A stretch of 64,000 bases of DNA, from contig CM082577.2 of assembly GCA_040954595.2 (NCBI GenBank), forward strand, positions 14,577,903 through 14,641,902, written 5' to 3'. This stretch comes from Balanoglossus misakiensis. Taxonomy: Eukaryota > Animalia > Hemichordata. The translations under genes were made by a program, and so were the position numbers. This document shows positions 1 through 9,028 of this stretch, in pieces; within the stretch, counting starts at the first letter, position 1; the number at the start of each line of letters is the position of its first letter. The notes under the pieces are model-generated. The model saw only the letters and a list, made by a program, of their open reading frames with translations, was not told the origin of the DNA and made no database searches.

Positions 1-374
1 CAACATGCACAAGCACTTCTGGTTATAACAACAATGTTTTATTACGAAATTACATATACATGTATTTATATATATATATATATATATTTCTACAGCGATA
101 ATTGTGGAGTTCACACGGATATATAGAGTACTGCTCTCCTGTTATTACGTAACATTTAAATACACGCCAAAAGCAGATACACACAATGGCCTCAAGAGGG
201 CGTCCTAACACGGTGTACTTTTAGACAATGGTAAGTATTTAGCACGGACACTACAATAATCATATGATTTTAATAAAAGCATAAAATCGGATCTGATCGT
301 TCAGAATACGTGTGGTGACGTGCTACACTTTATAAGTGTAGAACTCTGGATAGTGTAGATTATACACCCACGCG

Positions 375-938
375 TCATGATTTCTTTTGTTTGTACTTTT
401 CATGTTCTTTGCATATTAACCGTAACTCGCCGCAGATTGACCTTAACAATCTAAGGGTTTCCATAGTTATCGTTTTTATCCCAGAGTCCGGATCACATGC
501 CTGTGTTTCTACCATCAACAGTAATGTTCGGAACAGCCGGATCTGTTCGGCGTGCAGACGCTCCGCCGATGGAATCACGTGTAAAACAAAATGTATGTTA
601 ATTTCATCTTTTGTCAACCGCTTCAGGCTACATTTCAATGCATGCATGTCGGGTGATGACTCAGGAAAGGCGTTCGCGTAATCCGTCAAACATTCTTGAA
701 CATCGTCGACAAGGTTGGCATCTGGGACGTACCCTGATTCGGCATATTGTCTTTCAGCCCATGCGATGGGGTTAAGAGAAGGAGCGTTTCGTTGTTCGTT
801 AGTGAGTTTAATCTTACATAATGGACAGGGGTTCTTATTCACTCCCATCCAATCCAGTTTGATCGTGGCTATTGGAGACAAATCGGATCGATTTGTACCG
901 CCGTTCATCACGTCAATGAAGTCAATGCTACTGTTCAT
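375..938 (-). CDS. Hypothetical viral protein (187 aa) with CPLC...HFxxH putative Zn-binding motif
   Basis: Intact ORF in the gene-dense block; CPLC near the N-terminus, IHFVLH later, helical C-terminus. Confidence 0.65.
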   Translation of the reverse strand: MNSSIDFIDVMNGGTNRSDLSPIATIKLDWMGVNKNPCPLCKIKLTNEQRNAPSLNPIAWAERQYAESGYVPDANLVDDVQECLTDYANAFPESSPDMHALKCSLKRLTKDEINIHFVLHVIPSAERLHAEQIRLFRTLLLMVETQACDPDSGIKTITMETLRLLRSICGELRLICKEHEKYKQKKS

Positions 939-1168
939 TGTTATGCCAATTACAAATTATGAAATATTAAAGATGTAATTACATGGTGTTTTTGTTCGAT
1001 ACAGACAGCTACTATTGTATAGACTTTCTCTCGGCTGAATCCTCGGATAAGCGCACCTATGGATTATAACGAAATTGCGTAGTAAAGTCCCACTACATTT
1101 AATTACCTGCTACATTACATTAATACATACAAACATGAGTATAATACTTGCGAGGGGGGGGGGTGTGA

Positions 1169-1543
1169 TCAAAATACGACAAAATCTTTGTCATCAAGTA
1201 TTAATTCTGTCCGGACATGCGTCTTTTGTAGGGGCTGGTCTATGCAATAATGTTCAGTTGTGGGACTAATGTGGCTTGAGGTAAACAGTGAGCTACCAAA
1301 ATCCTCATCGATTAGTATGCTACTGCCGGCGTCGCTATTGTCAACGTCTGATGGGGTCGTGATACCAACATTTTCAGGCGGGTGTGAGTGGTCTGTTTTA
1401 TCATAGTCGCCAACTAACGTGCTGTCATCACTGTCAGAGTCTGACAAGAGTTTGTTACCACCATCTTGAAAGGAAGACAGTTCGTCTGCATTTGGTGATC
1501 TAGGCTCGTCGCCATGGTCCATGTATCCACTATGTTCAGACAT
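1169..1543 (-). CDS. Acidic Ser/Asp-rich, probably disordered hypothetical protein (124 aa)
   Basis: ATG ORF divergent from ORF 1611; AT-rich box at 1565-1575 between them. Confidence 0.5.
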   Translation of the reverse strand: MSEHSGYMDHGDEPRSPNADELSSFQDGGNKLLSDSDSDDSTLVGDYDKTDHSHPPENVGITTPSDVDNSDAGSSILIDEDFGSSLFTSSHISPTTEHYCIDQPLQKTHVRTELILDDKDFVVF

Positions 1544-1610
1544 TCGATACTCTGTACAATCCTCTTATATTTAAGTCCACTCTTGACGCTAATACGTTTA
1601 AGTATATACC

Positions 1611-1832
1611 ATGAGCCAACAGGGTACTGAAGAGTCCCCTGCTCCCGTGCAGCGACCTCCTTCTTCGCCCAAATCTTCAAAATCACCTCTGTCTAATGTC
1701 AGAGAAGCCGCAGATATCTTTATGAGGATGTTACAGATTACAGTGCTTAACGTAACCGATTCAAACCCTGAAGGCAACAACGAAAGCCATGACGACAGGA
1801 AGCACAAACAACTTGTATCTAGTCTCTCATGA
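1611..1832 (+). CDS. Small hypothetical protein (73 aa)
   Basis: ACCATGA start about 40 bp downstream of TATATTTAAG; overlaps the start of ORF 1789. Confidence 0.4.
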   Translation: MSQQGTEESPAPVQRPPSSPKSSKSPLSNVREAADIFMRMLQITVLNVTDSNPEGNNESHDDRKHKQLVSSLS

Positions 1833-3309
1833 CTGTTCTTTGACACACATTGTTGGCACGCTCGAAGCACAATGTTCATTGGCGTGGCTTCGGTTCCTAT
1901 ACGAAAACAGACTGAGGCCATCGGCACCCAGAGAGACTGCCTCACTGACAACTGACTTATATGACATGGGAAAAACAATTGACAGGCACTATGTTAATGT
2001 CTATCCACCTCTATCGGAAGATATTGCGCAAACACTACAACCCCTCCTACTCTGGTGCAAAACTCAACTCTCATTTCTGGAGCTGGTGAAACAAGGTCAA
2101 CTACGGGCGACCTTGAACGGGTTAGCGAAGGGCCGTTGTACCGACCTGAAACTATTCGACAAGACGCTAAATGAACACATCCGTTTCCAATGGGCAGAAA
2201 AGGAGACAGATGAACTCTGTCAACTCGCAGATGTGGTGATGGATTTTTTAATAATGTTCGGAACCATGCCCGCCCTTCCAAGAGACGTTATACACTCCTC
2301 ATATGCCTGTTGGGAATGTCGTTTCGAAAATGCTTTACTGCCAAGAAATAGGGAGGAATTAGAGGTTGGTTGTTGCCATTTATATCGCGCGGTGTCATGC
2401 TCGGAGCAAGAAGACGACCCTATACCATGCCAAGCAACCAATAAACCGGAAATTATCGATACATCGGACGTTTCTGTATATCCGCTGGATGTACAGATGA
2501 GAGTTAGACAAGTGGCCCGTGAAAAGCAGCGACAGACACTCATACTACAAGAGATTGAAAAAGAAATCCAGACGTTAAACGTTCGATTGGAGTACCAATT
2601 GGCGCCGAAAGTACTATCTCTCGACGTTTTCAACAAGGTAAAACGAGTGTGCGATGGTTTGGAACTAAGAAAGTCAGCGGCAGCTTTTTTCACAGATACC
2701 ACACAACCAGTCCATATAGACAATGCATGTTGTCGCAGATTGATGTATTTGATGGAACAGGTTACATGGAGCGAGATGCTACAAAATCGTGCGTTAGATC
2801 TATACTTTTGGTTGACGATGGACCCTCTTACTCTAAGTAATAGCTCGTGGAGACTCGAGACCACATATAGAATGTGGAATGATGCCGCGGGTATGGACAT
2901 TTTTAAAGTATGTACATTTATAGACCAACTGAAAAAAACCCGCCCAGCCGACGTACTACGCGATGAAGGTGGTCCATGCAACCTATTATTCCGAAGTTGT
3001 TACATGCAGTGTCTACTGAAGGAACTAGGACAAATCCATCACTTTCAAGCCCCTACAGCACACCGTGCAGATACCTGGGATAATACTTCCGACGGCATGA
3101 TATTTTACTATGATAATGACTCGTTTGGTCTGTACATTACTGGTCGCGGTATACATTCTTTCCAGTACAAAGAGTCCGCAATCGCATTCACCGTGTGGTT
3201 ATATCATACCACAATGAAAAATCAACCTATACATAGACATGTTTTTCAAGGCTGTCCACTAAAACCGGAACAACCGCTCTTTTATAGCGTACCCACCACA
3301 AAGTCATAG
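1789..3309 (+). CDS. Putative terminase DNA-binding subunit (HSV UL28/HCMV UL56-like), 506 aa
   Basis: CWEC-RFE...N...CCH (C-x2-C-x17-C-x-H) resembles the UL28/UL56 Zn site CxxCxEEL...N...CNH; preceded by LADVVMDFL, similar to UL28 LHDVENFL; AATAAA at about 3433. Confidence 0.45.
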   Translation: MTTGSTNNLYLVSHDCSLTHIVGTLEAQCSLAWLRFLYENRLRPSAPRETASLTTDLYDMGKTIDRHYVNVYPPLSEDIAQTLQPLLLWCKTQLSFLELVKQGQLRATLNGLAKGRCTDLKLFDKTLNEHIRFQWAEKETDELCQLADVVMDFLIMFGTMPALPRDVIHSSYACWECRFENALLPRNREELEVGCCHLYRAVSCSEQEDDPIPCQATNKPEIIDTSDVSVYPLDVQMRVRQVAREKQRQTLILQEIEKEIQTLNVRLEYQLAPKVLSLDVFNKVKRVCDGLELRKSAAAFFTDTTQPVHIDNACCRRLMYLMEQVTWSEMLQNRALDLYFWLTMDPLTLSNSSWRLETTYRMWNDAAGMDIFKVCTFIDQLKKTRPADVLRDEGGPCNLLFRSCYMQCLLKELGQIHHFQAPTAHRADTWDNTSDGMIFYYDNDSFGLYITGRGIHSFQYKESAIAFTVWLYHTTMKNQPIHRHVFQGCPLKPEQPLFYSVPTTKS

Positions 3310-3492
3310 GACGGAATGAAAATAGAGTGTGCATATAAGTTGATTCTGAATTTCATTCAATTCAAGACACGGTACACGTCTATGGCTTACGAAAAAAAAT
3401 ACTCACTGGTTGTGCATGTTTGTTTTATCATCAATAAATAACAAGTGACACATTTTCGATGTATTTGTTCATTACTTCGTTTTATTTTTTTC

Positions 3493-4089
3493 CTAAACTC
3501 TCTTCTTAGTGTCGCGAATGACTCTCCAGTTTACATCCAACTGTTTGTGAACATAAGGAAAAGTCCAGTCTTCACTTTTAATATTTTCGTCCCTGATTGT
3601 AGTCATCGCTTGAATAAATTCCTTATATTCTCTCCGGATAGATTCTATGGGATGGTCTAACTCCATGACAGTTGTGCGACCCCAAACAACAACCATGTTC
3701 TCTAGTTCCTTTAGTCTACTTCCTGCTTTGATGTGCATACTCATTTTCTTTTGTGGAGATTGGTCTGAATTATTTAGTATCATCACAAGTGACAGCACGA
3801 TCGAGAAAACGGACAACTGGAGGACAAACAGACATTGAAACGGTCGCTGATGGGAACTTACGTAGTCATTGAGTACGCTTCCGACATTTATCATACATCC
3901 ACTGATTATTATTATCGATATAAATCTCAAAAACCTTGTCCAAGTCTCGTATCGGTCAGCGCTCAGATAGTGCGATACACAGTGAAAATGCAACGAATGT
4001 GTAAAGTTTTCCGCCATATCGCGGAAATTCCTTCTGACATCTAATGCGTCGATTGGCCGATTTAAACCACAATGGCTTGAGTTTTCCAT
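3493..4089 (-). CDS. SLATT-family two-transmembrane effector domain protein (198 aa from ATG at 4089)
   Basis: SHYLSADRY..W before TM1, two hydrophobic helices, then SPQKKMSMHIKAGSRLKEL (P..x..H..AG..L) and a helical tail, the SLATT signature pattern. Confidence 0.65.
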   Translation of the reverse strand: MENSSHCGLNRPIDALDVRRNFRDMAENFTHSLHFHCVSHYLSADRYETWTRFLRFISIIIISGCMINVGSVLNDYVSSHQRPFQCLFVLQLSVFSIVLSLVMILNNSDQSPQKKMSMHIKAGSRLKELENMVVVWGRTTVMELDHPIESIRREYKEFIQAMTTIRDENIKSEDWTFPYVHKQLDVNWRVIRDTKKRV

Positions 4090-4179
4090 AATTATTATAC
4101 AAACTGTACTAACGTTCGCAAATTGTGACCGCGTTCTTCTGTTTTCTCGCACGCATGGCTGGGTACTTGGTGTGCCTTT

Positions 4180-4467
4180 AATATCAATATATCCGTGGAA
4201 GGCATCTATGCAAACATTGACTTTGAAGACAGACTCTGTGAAATATGTACAGGAGGTGTGGAGGATGAATTTCATGTAATATTTTTATGCCCATTGTTTC
4301 AGAGCTTAAGATATTCATTACCACACGACAACTCCGAGTCTCTTTATGAAGAGAAATTTGTAACACTGATGAGGTCAAAGTCGCCAGCAGTGTTAAGAAA
4401 CCTTGGCAAATTTGTACATGTCTATATCTCGTCGGTAAATCACCATCTTACATGTACTTCGATATAA
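4180..4467 (+). mobile_element. 3' fragment of a non-LTR retrotransposon (LINE ORF2 C-terminal Zn-finger region)
   Basis: ISVEGIYANIDFEDRLCEIC..VEDEFHVIFLCPLFQSLR...LMRS...LGKFV matches the IEtGRy..RlC.C..vEDE.Hf.l.Cp.y..lR tail of LINE ORF2. Confidence 0.75.
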
Positions 4468-4474
4468 CCTTAAG

Positions 4475-5017
4475 CTATGCGAACCCCTTTACAACCTGAG
4501 CGACTTTATCTTCTAATTCACCCAGGCGCTGTCTCAAATTGTTTGTTTCTTGGCCGTGTACAGTACGGTGATTATGTAATACCCGAGCATTGGATATTGC
4601 ATTGTACCTATTATACAGTGCCATCAAGACAACGGACATCATATCTCCTACGTGAATACACAATCTGGCGTGGAAATCAGTTTCGGATATTTGTCGAAAT
4701 CTTAAATCGAGCAAAGATAGACTGGCTAGACGAATAAAAGATTCCGCCAGAAAATATGAAAAGGTATCCGTTGAGTCATAAACACGAGATAGAATCCCCA
4801 CCAATGTCCACTTTAGCCCGCAAAACAAAGCGGCAAAAAACAATTGGAAATTAATTCCGACTGAAGATATATAGTTATAACGATCATCCCCAAAAGTCTT
4901 GGCGATACTACCGTTGACTTCAAGATGGGAAATAGACAGATAAGTTCCTATTATATAGGCCAACGATGCAAACACTAACGTGGAATATTTAGCAAATCGA
5001 CTTTCTAACCGTCGCAT
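4475..5017 (-). CDS. Multi-pass membrane protein with C-terminal coiled coil (180 aa)
   Basis: Three to four hydrophobic segments; tail NNLRQRLGELEDKVAQV; head-to-head with ORF 5083. Confidence 0.65.
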   Translation of the reverse strand: MRRLESRFAKYSTLVFASLAYIIGTYLSISHLEVNGSIAKTFGDDRYNYISSVGINFQLFFAALFCGLKWTLVGILSRVYDSTDTFSYFLAESFIRLASLSLLDLRFRQISETDFHARLCIHVGDMMSVVLMALYNRYNAISNARVLHNHRTVHGQETNNLRQRLGELEDKVAQVVKGFA

Positions 5018-5082
5018 ATTGGCACTTATGGGTTATTTACGTCAACACGATGCACAAGCAACGTTATTAAGTTCTCATAGAT

Positions 5083-5724
5083 ATGTGGTTATTTCGGAAC
5101 AAACGAGCAGAAAGCAAGGAAGAAGAAGCGCGTAAGAAACGCATTGAAAAACAGAGGGAGATCGCATTGCTGATCAAATCAAACGAACAGAAAGCCAACG
5201 ACCTAGGTAAAAAAATTGTGTCGCTAGCGCTGGATAATACCGCCCCCACGCGTCGCTTTTCTACAGCCTACAAAGAAAAACTAGCCGCAGTGAATGCCAC
5301 ACTCCTCGAGAAAGTAACCACTGGATTAGTCAAGTTAGAAAGTCTGTCAGTGGATATCCAACTAGAAGATCTCCGCGTCCAACAAAGTCGTTTTCAACAG
5401 TCCCGATATAAACTACTTCAAGAGGAAGAACGAGTGTTGGCGCGTAATTTGAATAAGTGCCCACCAAAGAGAATTAGAGCACAGTCCAATCGTTTAAACC
5501 GACTACGAGAAGCCAACCGTTACAGAGACGAAATTATACAAGACTTGTACGAAGACAGTGATGAAGACTGTCAAGATTCGGCCTTTTGTCAAGCCGGTCT
5601 CGAAACTGTTGAAGAATTGCGCAATCAATTCACGGAGTCATCGTTGCTGGAGGCACCTAACGTTGTTTTAGGCAGCCTATCTTTAGAAGACAACGATACA
5701 GCAACACGCACCAAGCACAGTTAA
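5083..5724 (+). CDS. Coiled-coil protein, candidate ESCRT-III/Snf7-like (213 aa)
   Basis: MWLF N-terminus, basic helical N-half, acidic C-half (EDSDED..EEL), C-terminal LEAPNV resembling a MIM2-type motif; size typical of CHMP proteins. Confidence 0.5.
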   Translation: MWLFRNKRAESKEEEARKKRIEKQREIALLIKSNEQKANDLGKKIVSLALDNTAPTRRFSTAYKEKLAAVNATLLEKVTTGLVKLESLSVDIQLEDLRVQQSRFQQSRYKLLQEEERVLARNLNKCPPKRIRAQSNRLNRLREANRYRDEIIQDLYEDSDEDCQDSAFCQAGLETVEELRNQFTESSLLEAPNVVLGSLSLEDNDTATRTKHS

Positions 5725-6236
5725 TTGCGACTATTAAAATAAAACCTCCTCAATTAGTTCTAACTTTTATTGACTCACGCATTTACTTCACACCGTGATG
5801 TACACGCCCCACAGCGAACAGAAGACAACGATACAGCAACTCGCACCAAGCACAGTTAATTGCGACTATTAAAATAAAGCCTCCTCAATTAGTTCTAACT
5901 TTTATTGACTCACGCATTTACTTCACACCGTGATGTACACGCCCCACAGCGAACAGAAGACAACGATACAGCAACTCGCACCAAGCACAGTTAATTGCGA
6001 CTATTAAAATAAAGCCTCCTCAATTAGTTCTAACTTTTATTGACTCACGCATTTACTTCACACCGTGATGTACACGCCCCACAGCGAACAGAAGACAACG
6101 ATACAGCAACTCGCACCAAGCACAGTTAATTGCGACTATTAAAATAAAGCCTCCTCAATTAGTTCTAACTTTTATTGACTCACGCATTTACTTCACACCG
6201 TGATGTACACGCCCCACAGCGAACAGAAGACAACGA
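5685..6236 (+). repeat. 135-bp tandem repeat, 4 near-identical copies plus a 12-bp partial
   Basis: AGAAGACAACGA recurs at 5685, 5820, 5955, 6090 and 6225; the unit includes the ORF 5083 stop codon and AATAAA on both strands. Confidence 0.95.
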
Positions 6237-6372
6237 GGAAGAAACACGCAAGAAACGCATTGAGAAATAGAGGGGCCATAAAATTGTTGTCGATAGTGCT
6301 GGATAATGCAGCCTCAACACGTAGATTTTCTACAACATACAGAGAAACACTAGCTGTCGTGAATGCCACACC
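6237..6372 (+). pseudogene. Degenerate partial duplicate of the 5' part of ORF 5083
   Basis: Encodes LDNAASTRRFSTTYRETLAVVNAT versus LDNTAPTRRFSTAYKEKLAAVNAT; has an internal deletion and a stop. Confidence 0.85.
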
Positions 6373-7615
6373 GTGGGGTACACATCCCACAGAGGCCATC
6401 TTCAAAAGCAGTCAAATTGTAACATTCTTGTGACCCGCCTCTGCAAACGCGGATGGTTGGAAAATCTGGCTGATCAATGTATAATGCCACACCATGACTA
6501 GGATATAACAGCGGTATTTTTACCAATCTATATGAATGACAGAGACCACACCTCGGAGTTAACGTGTCTTGTTCTAAATAGTACGTATATCCCGGAGCTC
6601 TGTTTTTTATATGCAAACAGGTTAGCACGCCGTAGCAATGTCGACAAAAAATAACGCTGGTGCGGTGAGCGATTGTAAACTGGACCTCTTCGCGGACATT
6701 GATCGCGCGTTTTAGTTTGGCGAGAATCAATCTATCCATGTCGTAAAAGAATTTAACCTGTCCCGCTCGGCCGTGTAGTAATAGTATCGCCTTGATAAGC
6801 CTCTTTTGCCACAGGCCTAACCGACGTATGAGACCGTTTACTGATTTTGAATTGTAATCAGTCAACTGTTGTCGAAGAAGGTGCAGGCGTGTCAAGAAGT
6901 GTCTATCGTTTGCAGATTCTCTATGGAAAGCCACGAGATTCAATGGCCAAGACCATACCATTCGCTCATAAACATGTTTGAGGGTGGTAGGTAGATGGGC
7001 GGCCGAAATCCGAGGCATCCTATTCAGAATAATTTTACATAATTGTCTATGGGTGGGTGTCCTGAGCTTGGGAATACATCGTTTCAATTTTGCTTTGAAA
7101 GAATCAGAGTCACACGTGCTTAGATGAAGGACAGTCGAGAGTCTCTTCACCGAACAAACATTCCCTTGGTAGTTGTGGAACAATGAGCCACTCCATTGCA
7201 TCGTTGGCTCGGCTAGCTTGTCATAAAAGTGGATTAACACGAGTAACCTAATCCAGTTAGGATGTTGCAGGCACCATTCAGTGGTTAACGACAACCGTGT
7301 TATACGGTTGTGTACCCGCTGCAATATAGAAAGAATATCTGTCCATTGATTTTCTCTCACTAGATTATTTAGTCCGTGCGTGTCTTTACAATCAATCGCA
7401 AACGTCACAAAGTCATTTACAAAATCCCTCGTATTGGGTGTCTGCACTCCGGGGAAAGTGATGCTTGCGCGATTGAAGCAAGACTGGAATAAGTCCATAC
7501 CTAATGCGCGGGGGGGAGCTAATGCGTCGATTTTATGAATGTCGTGTGTTAAATATGTCATACACAGCGTGCGTGTACAGTTCAAAGTTCCCTTATGTGA
7601 GAACAGAAATACCAC
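6350..7615 (-). CDS. Cys-rich protein resembling beta/gammaherpesvirus late transcription factor UL49/ORF66 (421 aa)
   Basis: C-terminal FCRHC...RCGLCHSYRLVKIPL...C..C..CGMC; the second pair resembles UL49 CSLCGSqRv. Confidence 0.45.
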   Translation of the reverse strand: MVFLFSHKGTLNCTRTLCMTYLTHDIHKIDALAPPRALGMDLFQSCFNRASITFPGVQTPNTRDFVNDFVTFAIDCKDTHGLNNLVRENQWTDILSILQRVHNRITRLSLTTEWCLQHPNWIRLLVLIHFYDKLAEPTMQWSGSLFHNYQGNVCSVKRLSTVLHLSTCDSDSFKAKLKRCIPKLRTPTHRQLCKIILNRMPRISAAHLPTTLKHVYERMVWSWPLNLVAFHRESANDRHFLTRLHLLRQQLTDYNSKSVNGLIRRLGLWQKRLIKAILLLHGRAGQVKFFYDMDRLILAKLKRAINVREEVQFTIAHRTSVIFCRHCYGVLTCLHIKNRAPGYTYYLEQDTLTPRCGLCHSYRLVKIPLLYPSHGVALYIDQPDFPTIRVCRGGSQECYNLTAFEDGLCGMCTPRCGIHDS

Positions 7616-7866
7616 AAGTAAACATGCAATGGACGTGAATACAAGAACGCTCTTTTATTCGCTCGTTCAGGTATACATTTTCTTGTTATGTTTCAACCTC
7701 GTACAAACAAAAATACCACAAGTAAACATGCAATACCGCAAAAGAAATATTGGACGGTACGCTGGCAAACCGCCCTCTACCGGCGGATTTAGAATTACTG
7801 TCTGAATGAGGGTAAGTGATTGTGCTTAGTTGAGTAAGTAGAGGTCTGCTATGTGTCGACGCCCTT

Positions 7867-8945
7867 TTAAATTAACTGCACCGCTAAATATATACTCATG
7901 AATATGGAAGAACAAATACATAAAGGGTAAACTACCGACGACCACCGCCACAGGGCAGACTTGGACACATCAGGAATGACTTCAAATGTTAGGTCAACCG
8001 CCGGATCTTTGTAAGCAGCATCGCATTCTGGGGGTTCGCAACAACTTAAGTATATTGTCAACGTTGAATGATCGTCACTCGCCCAGTCTTCGACCAGACA
8101 ACAAGTATAATTGTACTCGTAATAAGTGTACAAAATCTCGTGTAACATGCATAACCGTTTGTACAAATGATACGTCTCGAAAGAATCTTGCAATTTCGCA
8201 ACTATCTTATAACAATGAGTCAAATGACCAACTGGGTCATCCACACTGTCGTATCTGGTGATCTGTCCATTCACACAGTTTTCGATAGTCTGGTACATGT
8301 CTGTCCCTTTCATATCTTCTTTCTCTTGACTATAATAACATGTACTCGCCCTTGCGTTGAAATCTGCTTCCAAGCGTATCACCAACCTCCTGTATAATTT
8401 TGACTTTAGAACTGTTACATCGAAGCACATACTGTAGGTTCTTTCAAACATTTTCAAAGAATAGACTAGACTTCCTATGTCACATCTGTCAACTTGTCGC
8501 TGATCGCTACTACACATTATAAAATACATGGTATACAGACCGTCTTCGTTTGCACAAAGAGAGTGATCTCTTCCCGACAACAATTTTAAATTGAACGGGT
8601 GCCGGGCCAGTCCAAATATCAAAACGTCCATTATATCACGGTCTGATACAACGTCGGTTTCCGGAAGTTTTTCAAACCAGACGGGCCATGTTGACACGCT
8701 TAAGTTAGATTTGGCAACGTGTACATCGTCTAACATATATTCCGTGTTCGGATGTTGTTTAGATTGGGAATCACTTGAAACTGCGTCTGAAATCGCATAG
8801 GCTCTATTCGACCACGCAGGGTTGTCCATGTTGGGTTCCCCTCTTGAGAGAATGCGACCACGGCAGGTGTTACGTCACCCAACTGAAGACCATTCACAGA
8901 CATTAATAACATCAAAAGAAAAGGGGTCGTCATTGTCACCAGCAT
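7867..8945 (-). CDS. Probable type I membrane protein interrupted by a 1-nt frameshift near 8838-8841
   Basis: ORF 8730-8945 provides a signal-peptide-like start; ORF 7867-8829 provides a Cys-containing body and a C-terminal TM; one extra G in the G-run fuses them in frame. Confidence 0.55.
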
Positions 8946-9028
8946 GTGTATGTGTGTTGGTAGAGTACGATTGTAGATAACGTATAAATTAATATATGCA
9001 CATTAATAATTCGGGAGGTGTTATTCTT

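Noticed and set aside
96-235. Possible internal exon (ttctacag ... gtaagt) at the window start
   Set aside because: No frame stays open across it; cannot be assigned without upstream sequence
2220-2981. 253-aa antisense ORF and similar shadow ORFs inside long genes
   Set aside because: Fully overlap better-supported genes and show no motifs
7867-8829. Tail-anchored nuclear egress protein (UL34-like)
   Set aside because: No recognisable motif, and the upstream signal-peptide frame suggests a frameshifted type I protein
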